Source of the DNA: Lama glama
Lineage: Eukaryota
Direction: 5' to 3'
Assembly (NCBI GenBank): GCA_028534125.1
Contig: CM052818.1
Span: forward strand, 34,598,001-34,662,000
Length of the DNA: 64,000 nt
Positions 52,407-64,000 of this stretch are shown piece by piece (position 1 is the first letter of the stretch; every line of letters begins with the position of its first letter). Both the position numbers and the translations under genes were made by a program. Under the pieces are notes generated by a model that saw nothing but the letters and a program-made list of their open reading frames with translations, searched no databases and was not told the origin of the DNA.

Positions 52407-54164
52407 TTGAAGACTTGAAAGTGTGATGGAGGAAAAAGTAAATAAATAGAAACAGTTTAAAATACTGCTAGCAAAGAAAGTTAACTAGTAAGTCAAATGT
52501 TTATTCAACAGACTCCACGTCTGAGTGCCTCCATGCCTCCACCCTACGCTGACTGAAATGGGATAGCGTGGACAGAAGATGCGGGACAGTGGGAAGAACA
52601 CGGTGAAGGAGAACACCCTCCGCCTCCGCCGGCCAGAGAGGCTCTCAGCACGACCCTACTTCAACGTGCACGGCTGCTCTCTAAAATCAACTTCTTCTTG
52701 CATGGTTCTCTACAGCCTACAACGCGATGCCACACAATAGCTACCACTACATCTGCACCTCTGCAGGATGAAGGAGTCCCCACTGACAGGACTGCCTGAA
52801 TTTAAGTTTTCAGAACCGAGGACATGCAACCAATATGAACCCCCAGAAGCTGCCAGTGACAAGGCGGGAGGGCCCTGGCCTCCTGCACTTCACCGAAGTC
52901 CACACCCAGACCCACATGATGTAGCCAGCAGGTCCGATAAGCTGGAAAACACACATTTCAAGTTCACTATCTACTGCAAAGCTCAAAAGTTATAAGAAGT
53001 CCAAATCAGAACAAAACAGTTCACAACATCACACGAACAGTTAATACGATGTACAAAGTACAGTGTGCTCTTAATTGAAATGTTTGCTGAATGAGTCTCA
53101 TTCAGCAGCTATCCATACTTCGAACTTTGACCTAAGAGAAGGTCCTTAACTCACAGTATTTTGATTTGAAAAGCTCCGCTTTTAAATTCTGAAGTTTAAA
53201 TTCTAAATCTATACTTCAGGAGACCAGCAGAAGTATGAAAAGAATATAGAACAATATAAAAAGGTCAGTTTGCCTAGCTGGATTTTTTGCATTTAACAAA
53301 AACAGCTGGTGAGCTCAAGTACAGCAAGAAAATTTAATATGAGATTACCGAGGGTAGCAAACAATAAACCTAAAGAACACTCTGTGCTCTAGCCTTACAC
53401 ACTTGAGTATTTTTGAAGGTCCCATATCACTTGGTGATAAACAAAGAAACTTGAAACTGTCTTGTGAATCAATAGGAGGAAAGAAGAATGAGTCAAACCT
53501 TCCACATGCATGAAAAAAATAAGCAAAATGTAAACTTTAAAAGGTGCTCAACTAGATTTAGTTAATGCCTGTTAAGTATATTGTTATTTTCTATTGAAAG
53601 ATGTTTTGGTGTATACCAGAATATCTGAACCAGGTGGATAATCCACTGTTAAGGCCTGCTGGGCTTGCCTGATCTTCAGTCTGTAGGGCCAGACCAAGCT
53701 AGTGCCCTGGAGAAAGGCTTGAGAACCACAGCCTAAGTCTGAGAATCATTCTAAGGCAAAATCTCAGAACCACAAGAGTTCAGGGGACGTCAAGTTCTCA
53801 CGTGCCTGACCGTCATCTACAGGAACAGGTAAAACAGTCATCTGGCCTCTTTTAAATGCCTCTGGTTACCAACTCATTACTTCTAGAAATAGCCCACTCC
53901 AGTGTTAAAACAACTTTTCTATACACTAACAAAATCCTCCCCTCACCTCTTGTTTTCTATCCTGTTTTTAACATGCCTTACAAAACTAACCAGACAAGGG
54001 TCCAATTTTTCTTCCAAACAATAATGCTTCAAATATTTGAAGATGGTTTTCCCTGTCACACCTACATCTTCTCTTCACCTGGTTAAAAATCTCACGTTCC
54101 TTCTGCTGCTTGTCCTGTGCCATAGTTTCGGTCTCCTTCATCATCTAGGTCTAGTTTTCTAGAC

Positions 54165-54370
54165 CAGAGGCTGGAAAGCTTTTTCTGGAAAAGGCCAGAC
54201 AGTAAATATTTTAGGCTTTGCAGGCCATATGGTCTCTGTAACAAACACTCAACACTGCCACTGAAACAGGAAAGCAGTCACAGGAAACAGGGAAACAAAC
54301 AGGCGTGCTGTGTTCCAATAAAACTTTACTCACAAAACAGGTGCCTGGGGCTTTAGTTTGACAGCCAGTG
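54165..54370 (-). mobile_element. MER58A-like hAT-Charlie MITE
   Basis: aaggccagacagtaaatattttaggctttgcaggccatatggtctctg...ctgtgttccaataaaactttac matches the recalled MER58A reverse complement. Confidence 0.8.
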
Positions 54371-55019
54371 CCCCGGACAATCCAAGTTGTTATATCAATA
54401 CAAAAGTGTGATCCAGGGCAAAAGGAACATTTCAAGTGGTGCATGAGTACAAAGGAGATTGTGACTAGAAGCCCTTCTTCCTCAACAACTCCTTTCTTAA
54501 CTGATGTTCAACACGGTATTAATTTCCTGCAGCAATAAAGTCTCACTGCAGACTTACACATACCTTCAGGCAGCTGAACCCCTCAAGTCTTTCTTATACA
54601 GACTGGTAAGCCACCTTTCTCTGCGCTAACACGAGGCTGACTGTTGGAACCTAAGTGTAAGACCCGACCTTTACCATTTTAACATTTCATCTTGCTAAAG
54701 CCCACTCATCCTTCTCCTCAGGGTCAGACTCAGTTATCCAAGGTACCAGCTATGCCCCCCAAACTCACAGCAAGTAAAGCTGTCACGCTACAATGCTTTC
54801 ACCTACGTCTCTGCAAAAATGCTGATCAAGGTAGAACATCTAAACATTTCCCTCATGGAATTTTGTACTGTCATCTATGGCGATTAGTCTATCTTGCCCA
54901 CAAGATTTTCATAAAGTCTTAGTGAAATTCAGAATTACCTTAGATAGTGTTTTTCCAAATATTAGAAAGTTTCAAGACTTTTTTTTTAACTTCAGTACAA
55001 GTCAGGAAACAAAGCAGAA

Positions 55020-56010
55020 TTCATTCTTCATTCATTCATTAAGTTAACAAATATTTATGACTGAGTGCCTATGACTGTACCAAGAACGGTGCTAGACCAC
55101 TAGAAAGAAAATGGTGAACAAGACCAAAATGCTTCCTGTGTTCACCAAGTCTGCAGTCCAGAGTGAGACAGATGGTGAGCAAGAAAACAAGTCATAATCA
55201 CAAGCTGTGACAAACACTGTGAAGGCAATAAACAGTGCTGTACAAGAGGGCCTGAGTCAGGGTAGTCAGAGAAAGCTTCTCTGAGGAGGGGAACTTAAGC
55301 TACATCCCAGAAGATGGGAAGGCAGGTAAAGAACGTATGAGACAGAACAGTGAGTCAAAGAAGCAAGACACTAAAGAGAACATGCTGATATAAGTTACAT
55401 TCACATGAAGCTCAAAAACAGACAAAATTAACTTATGGCAAAAAGAGGTCATAATAGCAGTTTGGTGAGAGGGCTAAACAGAGGCCTTCCGTGGTGCTAG
55501 GTATAATTCTGTATCATGATCTGGGTGCTCATTACATAGGTATACACATAAGCAAAAATGCATTAAATTGTATACTTAAGATCTGTGTGTTTATAATTTA
55601 TATCTAAAAAGAAGACAGAAAATAAAGAATATATGTGTGGCAGTGTGCGTGTGTGTACGTGTGTGTGTGCTGTATAGGCGTTGGGTGGGGGGAGTACATG
55701 CCAAGATACCCTCCAAGCAGAGGACAAAATGTGCAAAGACCACAAAGCGGAGGAGGCTAATATAGCTATAGCTTAGTGAGCAAGGAAGAGTGGTATGAAA
55801 TGAGATTGTAGACATGGGTGGACACCACCCGAAAGGACCACAGTGAGCTGGATTTTATTACAAGCCCAACGTAAGTCCTGATTTATATTTTTAGAGGATC
55901 ACTTTGTCTACAGTGTAGAAAATGGACTGGAGGAGGGCAAAAGTGCAAAACATTTACAAGACTGTTACAGTACACCAGGCAAGAGAAGATTATGGATTAG
56001 GCTAGCAGCA
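55020..56010 (-). mobile_element. L2 fragment with a nested L1 3' UTR piece (~55350-55620)
   Basis: cattcattcatt...aacaaatattta..actgagtgcct terminus and ttttagaggatcact...agtgtagaaaatggactggagg L2 motif. Confidence 0.6.
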
Positions 56011-57039
56011 GTACAGTGACTCTGAATTACTACTAAAATATGCTATAAAGAGCCCATTTTTGAGAAGCACATTAGAAATGTGAGCTTCCTCTTATTTAAG
56101 GAGGAAACTGGCTCCAACAAAAGGAAAAACTATGAAACCACTTCCTTGGACCTAAAAGTATTTCCTTCATACAGGTACTATAGTTTAAATCCCCTCCATA
56201 TACTGATAAGAAAACTGAACTGACACACCCTTGCACTAAATACAGAGCTTTGGACCACTTATTAATTAGACTGAGGCTACTGTCCTAATGCTAATACACA
56301 TGGTAATACTCTACCATCTATCATCAGAAGCAGATTGCTCTTGCTTTGTCTTATAATCAACCTAAGGATAGGTCTCTAACTGTCAAATGATTTTTAATAC
56401 AATGCCTGTCTTTACCCATTTGAAATATAAATTTTATACTTATAAAACATATTTTAGTTAACCGTGGAAATCCATACAGTATGGATTGAGTACAAGGTAA
56501 TAATAGTTCATAAACTGCACTTATCATTTCAGATGTAAGCCAACTCTAAATGATGATATTTGAGTTTTTAAAAAATTATTCCCCAAATTCTTGAGTTCTA
56601 AATCACCCATGCTTTTAGGAATAAAAAAGCAAGGATAGTCACAAAGAACCAATTTTAATTCACAACTGCATTCATTGTATGAGATTATTTATTGCTCATA
56701 CTGACTTTCCAGGTATCTCTTAAGTGAAAGAAACACATTGTCAACCTTTCTTAAGAACTCAGGAGAGAGAAGAAAAATATCAACTCTTCCCACCTGCACA
56801 AGGAAGCTTGGTGTCTAGTATAGTATTGGTACGGTATGGAGGTCAGCCCCTTGCTGACAGGTCTCATGACTCCATCATGTTTAGGTATGAGTCTTTACAG
56901 AGGTAGAATCCCTTGTGGCCAACATGTATTCTACCACTCCTGGAATAGAGTTCTTTAGCAATGGCATTCCAAGCCTCCCAGTCAATCACTTAAGCACAAA
57001 ACATAAAACAAAAGATCCCAATTATTTGCAATTCTTATT

Positions 57040-57193
57040 GGGGGAGGATGTAGCTCAGTAGTAGAGTGCACGCATAGCATGCGTGAGGTTCTAAGTTCAA
57101 TCCCCAGTACCTCCATTAAAAAAAAAAAAGCAAATAAAAACCTAATTACCTGTCCCCAAAAAAATAATTTAAAAAAATTTTTAATTAAAAAAA
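57040..57193 (+). mobile_element. Vic-1-like SINE, long-tail form
   Basis: GGGGGAGGATGTAGCTCAGTAGTAGAG...AGTTCAATCCCCAGTACCTCCA, CCTAATTACC tail, ttcttatt TSD-like flanks. Confidence 0.88.
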
Positions 57194-57867
57194 ATTTCTT
57201 ATTCACTCAACAAATATCAGGGTAGTCAAAAGAGCTACCTTCACATACAAATGTGGGACTCACTGAGCAATGGCATATAAAGAAACAATTAAAAGAATGG
57301 AGAAAGTTTCCCAATCTGATCCTTTCTGCATCTGGCACATAGTAGGAGCTCAACAAACATATGTGAATCTTTGCACATATGAATGAATAAATGCATGAAC
57401 TACTCTGCATGCTTATTAAGTAGCAGTAGAGAGTGACTCCATCGGTGATGAGAGAAACCATTTTCCCCAAGGAACTAGTCCACAGCAACTTTGAACTTCA
57501 CAAGGGGAAGTTGCTCTTACTCTTCCCTGATTAAAAATACCACATCTATGTTGGTATGTTACACAGTTTCCAAAGTACAATTATTATCTGTCCTCTTATT
57601 TGATACTGTAAGATAAGGTAGATTACTCCTCCCTGTTTTAAAAGATTAAAAAACTGTAAAATTTAAGGATTAACAGCTAATAAACAAAAAGGTCTACACT
57701 GTAAATCCTTTATGAGTCATCTCAGAACATTTCTGTGAAACGGATCACTTTGTTTTTAAGTTACTACCCTCTCCTGGCTCAAATAAAATCATGAGCTACC
57801 TAGATCCAATATACTGAAATTGTTATTCCCATAATATCCTGCAATACACATTTTTCTGCTTTCAATT

Positions 57868-58035
57868 TGTGGCGGACACATCCTACGATAATCCCCAATG
57901 AGTCAAGCCTTTGTATAGTCAATCCCCTCCTCTTGATGGTTCATTCGCTCCCCTGAGGGTGGAACCCCTGACTTGCTTCTAACCAACAGAATACAGCCCA
58001 GGTGACAGATGCCACTGCCTTGAGAGACATTCTAT
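57868..58035 (+). mobile_element. MaLR LTR fragment (MLT1E/F-like 5' part)
   Basis: Begins TGTGG; contains aatcccctcctcttga...tgacttgcttctaaccaacagaata. Confidence 0.6.
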
Positions 58036-59809
58036 GGTAATGTCAGTGGGCAGTGAGATCCCATTTCAGTGAATATTGTCATTTATATCTGCTAACAAGT
58101 AAGAGAGGAGAAGATGGTGAGAAAAGATGGAGAAGAGCCAGAGTAATGAGACAAGAAGAAGCAAATCATGATGATGAACAGGTTTGCTTGCTAGACTTAA
58201 ACAATCTATAATAAACTCCCACAAGAGATGAGAAGGTAAGAAAAAAGGAGGGGTCATTCAGTGAAGGAACCTGAAATCCTTGCTGAGGAATCTAGATACC
58301 AAACACATGATAAACACATGGAAGGTACTGCATGTGTTTCTTAAATTCTTAAATCTTACAGGTTCTTAAATAGAAGAGTGGTATTTGAAAATATTTACTT
58401 ATTCTTCCTTTCCTAAAATATACTTTCTCTTGGCATAACCTCCTGGGGCATGAGTATGTGGGTATACGTTACATGCCACTTAATGTTCATAAGTACAGAA
58501 GCACAAATGAAATAATACATGTAATTAAATGAGATAATAGATGTAAGGTAATGCCAGTGAATGCTATATAACTGCCTGTGGTCATTATCATTTCAGCATT
58601 TACGATGACACTGCTCTTGCCATCACAACTTTTCTTCACTAAGCTCACCAGGCTTGCCTGCTCCCTCACACACCTGCCACTTCCTTGTGCCTCTAATTTA
58701 CCACGGTCTTCCCAGTCTCAATACCGAGGTTCCCATCAGTCTCTGATGGAAACATCTTTCCCCACTCTCCCTTATGCACCAGGCAAATTTTTATTCGGCA
58801 GAGAACTTCTTGACATTTAAGCATTACAGCAGTTAGAAAAACAAGCCATCGTCAGTGAACTGATATTTCAGAAAGTAGTTAAAAAGCAGATTCAAGATGT
58901 TTCTTCCAAATAGCACCTAAAAATGGAATAACCTTCTACCTACCACTTAATCTCTCTCTCACTCTGCAGAAGTTTCCCATCCATTCTTCTTTCTCTCCTT
59001 CTGAAAGATTCCTGTCTCTGCCAACTGCAAAAATAATTCTTTCTATGAGACATTTGTAAATCTATATCTAAGACGACTGAAATACTATTCAAGCGTTACT
59101 AATGTATGTGCAGGAGGGAGAGGCCAGTTCCCCATATCTGCTCAAGGAGACCAAGGCACAACTAAAGGTAAGTTACGCTTGAATTAACTGTAACAGGTCC
59201 AAGTAATGCCATAAATGACATACTATATTGCAGTCAGCTTGCAGTCATAGTAAGTGAAAATCAAAAGATCAGGAATTTTTCATGTTTCCACTGTGACTCT
59301 TGAGGAAAGTGTTCCAATCTTTGAAATCACTGCAGAAACATTCCTCTAATGGAGGACAGGTCATCCTCAGAAGATATTTCTCTAGAACATGAAGGTTTCT
59401 TTGTTTTAATTCCAAGTCCACAAACTACGCCTCCATATGGTCTCGTCCAAGAGAAGTTCCCTGTGCAAAGGTGACCGTTAACCTGCCAGATTCAGCACCA
59501 TTTATCATTTAAATTATATTTTTTACTTCTATTGTGTAAGGATCAATCTCTTAGGAGTTAGGTTACTCATGAAATATTAACAATACGTCCTCACTGAAAT
59601 ATCAAGATTAAATCTTAGACTCAACAAATGTTAGGTGCCGTTATTGCCAAGGGTACCTTCCTAGAGGTAATGCCTCACACAATGCCTACCTCAGTGACTG
59701 CCATCACTATCTACTTAGTCATCCTACCAGAGCCTGAGTCATCCCAAACTCCTCTCCTGCTACTTACAGCTAGTCAGTTACCATGTTCTGTCAATTTCAG
59801 ATCTTAAAT

Positions 59810-60130
59810 CAAGGATCACAATCTCAAATGTCCACGCGGATGAGGCAGGTAAACTCAACAAAGCAGGCCTGCATGGAGCACGGGGACTGGTAGAGAAATG
59901 GTGCACAAGAGCAAACGCCCTTTTCAAAGACAGCAAGCACTATTCAGCTTCAGGAGCTTCTTGTCAGGAGGAAGTTCAGGGCCTGTGTCATCCACTATTT
60001 TGGTTTTTCAAGAGAACCCAGAAATCTGGGCTTTTATGGGGAAAATACTAATTTTTGAAACAAAGTCAGTGTGGGCCGGATTAAACGTATCTGCTGGCCA
60101 AATACAGTGGGCAGATTAAGCAGTTTGACT
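59810..60130 (-). mobile_element. MER102-like hAT-Charlie element
   Basis: ttttcaagagaacccagaaatctgggcttttatg...tgtgggccggattaaacgtatctgctggcc. Confidence 0.55.
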
Positions 60131-60312
60131 TCCATCTTTAGAAGCCCCACTCCCCTTCTATCCTCACTGCTTTGATTCAAGCCTTCTTCATTTCTGACCC
60201 AGTTTTATGCAGGAGGATCCTAAAAGGTCTCTAGATCACCCCTACCTCTACCACCATCCATTCATTTTCTAGCTGGCAGGGTAAGCTTCCTAAAATTAAA
60301 ATCTGATCCTGA

Positions 60313-60441
60313 AGGGAGGGTATAGCTCAGTATTAAAGTGTGTGCTTAGCTTGCACAAGGTCCTGGGTTCAATCCCCAGTACTAACATAAAAAGCAAATA
60401 AATAAATAAACCTAATTACCTCTGCTTCCCCCCAAAAAAAA
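60313..60441 (+). mobile_element. Vic-1-like SINE, long-tail form
   Basis: tRNA head with A/B boxes, AAATAAATAAACCTAATTACC tail, imperfect TSD aatc.ga.cctg. Confidence 0.85.
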
Positions 60442-61485
60442 CTGATAATCCGACCCTGTTTAAAATTCTTAAGTGGCTCCCCAAAACCAATAGCCTTACA
60501 AGGTACCCAAGAAGCACCTAAAGTATTTGTTTAACATGAAGATAACAGCAATTTATCCAATCTGAACCCCCTAAAGTGTATCTAGAAGTAGGCTAAACAC
60601 TGTCCCCAGGTGATTCTAATGCCGATGGTCCCTGGGCCACAGAAACAATGATCTACAGAGTAAAATCCTAAATTCCCTTACATCAATCATCCCCTTCCGA
60701 CAGGGCCCCAACTCCCTCTCCAGTCTCACCTCTTGACACTCCACCACTAAGCCCAAACATCTAAATCTCATGGGTCCCAGAAAGTACTCTCTGGCCTCCA
60801 CCCCTCTGCACTCACCCTACTGCTCTCTTATTCAGGGATGCTTTTACTCCCCTCATCACCTGGTTAAGAACAGGGGCCTACTCAGCTTCCTCCTCTAGAC
60901 TGAGCTCCCCCTTCCCCTCCATCCTCTCTCTGAAGTCTTTCTCAGCTGTATCCTCACTCCCTGGAGTTGATTCCCTCTCCCACAGCACCCAGCACTTACC
61001 TAACTGCATTTATTAATTATTCATATCTGTTTATTTCCTTGTCCATATACCACCGAACTGAGTTCCTTGAAGGCAGGAATTCTAGCCTAGCTTAATTTTG
61101 CAGCCCCAATGCCATGACTGACGCAGAGTGGGCCCTCAATAAAGGCTGACTGAATAAACAAAATCAAGGGTGTTAACCAGTCAGCATTACCATCAAGATG
61201 TACACAGCCTCTCTTTCTTACCCGAAGTCACAATTGTCACAATTCCTGTAATCAATTGGCTATTGTCAACAGCCAAGTTACTTAACTACCATAATAGCAG
61301 AAACCAACTTATCATAAAATTGTATTCTTGAAACCAAAAAGATATTTCACAGAACACCTCCTCTCTTAAGCGAAATGTTACAATTTGAAACTAGCTGCTA
61401 CACTATCAGTTAAAACTAAGCCTTCCTTAAGTCAGATTAGATAACCACAATACCTAATGGTGGGTAGGGATAGCCTGAAGGATAA

Positions 61486-61573
61486 GGGGAGGGTATAACT
61501 CAAAGGGCTAGAGCACATGCTTAGCATGCACAAGGTCCTGGTTCAATCTCCAGAACCTCCTCTAAAATCAAAA
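61486..61573 (+). mobile_element. Vic-1-like SINE, short degenerate form
   Basis: GGGGAGGGTATAACTCAAAGGGCTAGAGCACATGCTTAGCATGCACAAGGTCCTGGTTCAATCTCCAGAACCTCC. Confidence 0.8.
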
Positions 61574-63169
61574 GGCAGGATAGGAAGAGAGAAGGAATGA
61601 TGAGGCTCAAGAGAGTGAAATTCCTCAACATAATTGTCTGAAGGTACATTAAAAAGCAACAGAGAACAATGACGGCTAAACCCCTGACATCTTCACATTC
61701 AAAATACAAAAAGCATCCAGGAGATGCACAGCTCCGTTTTACCACAGTTCCAAAATGGTTTATATTCTTTCAAACTTTCATTCCTTCAATAAATGTTTGT
61801 CAAATGCCTACTCTGTTCATGTGCTAGACCTTGGTCACATTGAATAAGAGAGCTACAGGCTTTGCTTCTCTCCCAGAGCTCATATCCTAACAGAGAAGGC
61901 AGACACAACTAATCACTCAGCTCTTTAAAAAGACTGGGGTAAGGCAACGAAGAACCCAAGCGTTAAGAGAGCATATAACACAGAATGCACCCCATGCTTT
62001 CTTCTGCACTGAAAGTCAACTGTCTTTCAGTGTCTTACTACAGAAACCTAATTACTACTCTGCGTGTACACCCCTTTCAGGAGTTACTCTGAATAACTGC
62101 CAGGTTTCCAACTGTAGCTCTCAGATTTACCTCTAGGGAAGATGAAGAAATTGAACTGGCTCAAAAGTAATTTTTCCACCAGCTACTTTTTTAGTACAAT
62201 CTTTTCTCTGTATCTCTTTGCTGTAGTATATAGGGTCACATCAGAGAATAAAAATCTCTTTCAAGTGCTTTGGGTCTTTATTTATGGAATCATCTTCCTC
62301 AGACACTGTTTTAATTCAATCAGCATTTATAAAGCACTCCCCGTCAAAGTCCACGCAATGGGAATGTATGATCTTCAGGAAGAAAAGGTTTCTTGGTACA
62401 ATTCACATTCCAGTAATACTGACCACACAGATTTTTCCTTTGGGCACCTTTGGATTCATATTTTCTAATACGAACACAGTACTGAGTAAAGAACCTTCTA
62501 CTGGAAGAAGTTTAGGTTATAAAAACCTGTGCCCCGCCTCCACCACTTGTTTAAAAGAAGCCTCATTATAACTAAAATAACATCAACAAACTATATTTTA
62601 GTGAACACTGGACGCTTGCTAAATTGACCTTTGTTTTCCAGAATGATAGGAAATCTGCTGTCAGATTCAGGAAGTGAGTCAGACAACGGAAAAGGGAAAA
62701 AGATAGGAACGGAAAAATCACACTGTTGATTTCCCGTAATTTAGGATATCCATCTAGTTGGAAATTTAAATCGAGGGAAGACTGCTTATTTTTTTAAAAA
62801 GTAGATTCTGTATTACAGACTCTGCCACCAATTAAACAGCTATTCTCCCGGCACTCACCAAAAAGCCACAGCCTAGTAAGGAAAAAGTTTTGTACGTCAA
62901 TATTTACAGTGCAGAAGAGACAACAGAAAGAGGGTAGAGCTTAAGGGAAAACAAGAGGTATCTGGGTTAATAAACTTCATTAGTGAAAGCTGAATAGCCC
63001 TGGACTGGGTTAAATTCCCACTTAAAATTTTAAGACCAGTCAGCACCTCAGTTCGCAATGGTACGGCACAATATTGCTTGAAAGCAGAGGAATATACTAT
63101 ATGACCTTCTAAGGTTCCTTACGGTTATCCCAATTCCAGTTTGACAAGATTAGTTATGATGTTTCTCAG

Positions 63170-63750
63170 TTATTCATTCGTTCCACAAATGTTTGCTGGA
63201 AGCCTAATCACAACAGCCCTGTGCTCAGGCCATGGTGGTCTGTAAGACAAGTCTAACCACTTGAGGATTACATTCTCATGGGGAGACACCTAAAGAACTA
63301 ATTCCATGAAGAAGCAGAGGTGCTATGAGAGCACACTTAAGGGGAAAGGTGTACTTAGGGAATGCTTCTCTGAGAAAGTAACATTTAAGATGTGAAGATG
63401 AACATAAATGAGAGGAGCTACATTCCTGGCAGATGTAACAATACTATTTAAACACTTCCTCCCTGGAGCAAGATCTAAAGGATCGAAAAAAAGTAGATGG
63501 GGAAGATGACTCTTAATGCTGGGAGGGGTAGACAGTGAGTAGCAAGATATGAAGCTGAGGACACAGACGAGGGCAGATCATTCAGAGCCATGCTAATCAT
63601 GCTGTGGATTTTTGGACTTGATTCCAAGAGCAGTGGGAAGACAATGGAAAATTTTAAGCAAACGAGTGACATGACCAGATGCACATTTTTAAAAAAAGAT
63701 CACTATGAAGCATAGAGAAAGGACAGAAGGGCAAAAGTGGATGTGGGTGA
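63170..63750 (-). mobile_element. L2 fragment
   Basis: ttcattcgttccacaaatgtttgctg terminus and gagcagtgggaag.caatggaaaattttaagca..gagtgacatgaccagat motif. Confidence 0.65.
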
Positions 63751-64000
63751 GCAACCAAATAAAGTAGTATTGGATTATAACCCAAAGTGTAAAGTAAGTG
63801 TCCATGAAGCCATACTGATATAGATAAATGACTGAATTAATATACATGGGGAAGAAAAGACAAATCCTCCAGGCAGAAGTCCCAATAAATTATGTCGCTA
63901 CTCTGCCCTCAAGAAGGTGAAGCATAACTCTCCACTCCTTAAGTGAGGGCTGTGCATAGTGACTTTCTTCCAGAGAGTAACTATCCTGACAAACATAGGG

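Noticed and set aside
51165..64000. SELENOI exon 1 or promoter
   Set aside because: No CpG island or MAGYEY-like start exon was found. This is intron 1, and exon 1 must lie beyond the window.

Overview
Mammalian genomic DNA, very likely a camelid (camel/alpaca/llama), inferred from eight tRNA-Ala-derived Vic-1-type SINEs. Two spliced protein-coding genes lie head-to-tail on the minus strand. SELENOI (EPT1, ethanolamine phosphotransferase, a selenoprotein) contributes coding exons 2-10 (51164 down to 35228; exon 1 lies beyond the right edge). It has an in-frame UGA selenocysteine codon at 35261-35263, a SECIS element at about 33820-33900 and a ~6.5 kb 3' UTR ending near 28710. DRC1 (CCDC164, nexin-dynein regulatory complex subunit 1) contributes exons 1-8 (ATG at 25901 down to 1894; later exons lie beyond the left edge). 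It has a CpG-island promoter with RFX X-box-like motifs and a non-canonical GC-AG intron 4. The introns are filled with L1, L2, MIR, hAT (MER58/MER33/MER102/MER115), MaLR and ERV-L relics, and there is one 100-N assembly gap. Repeat family names come from recalled consensus sequences, not a search. Most ORF-track entries are spurious or only overlap single exons. I see no evidence for a wholly new biological system. The most interesting signals are the SELENOI recoding and 3' UTR architecture (Sec UGA in a UGA-CUAG readthrough context, tandem Pumilio elements just after the stop, poly(A) signals only downstream of the SECIS), unusual splice sites, and several transposon insertion scars.
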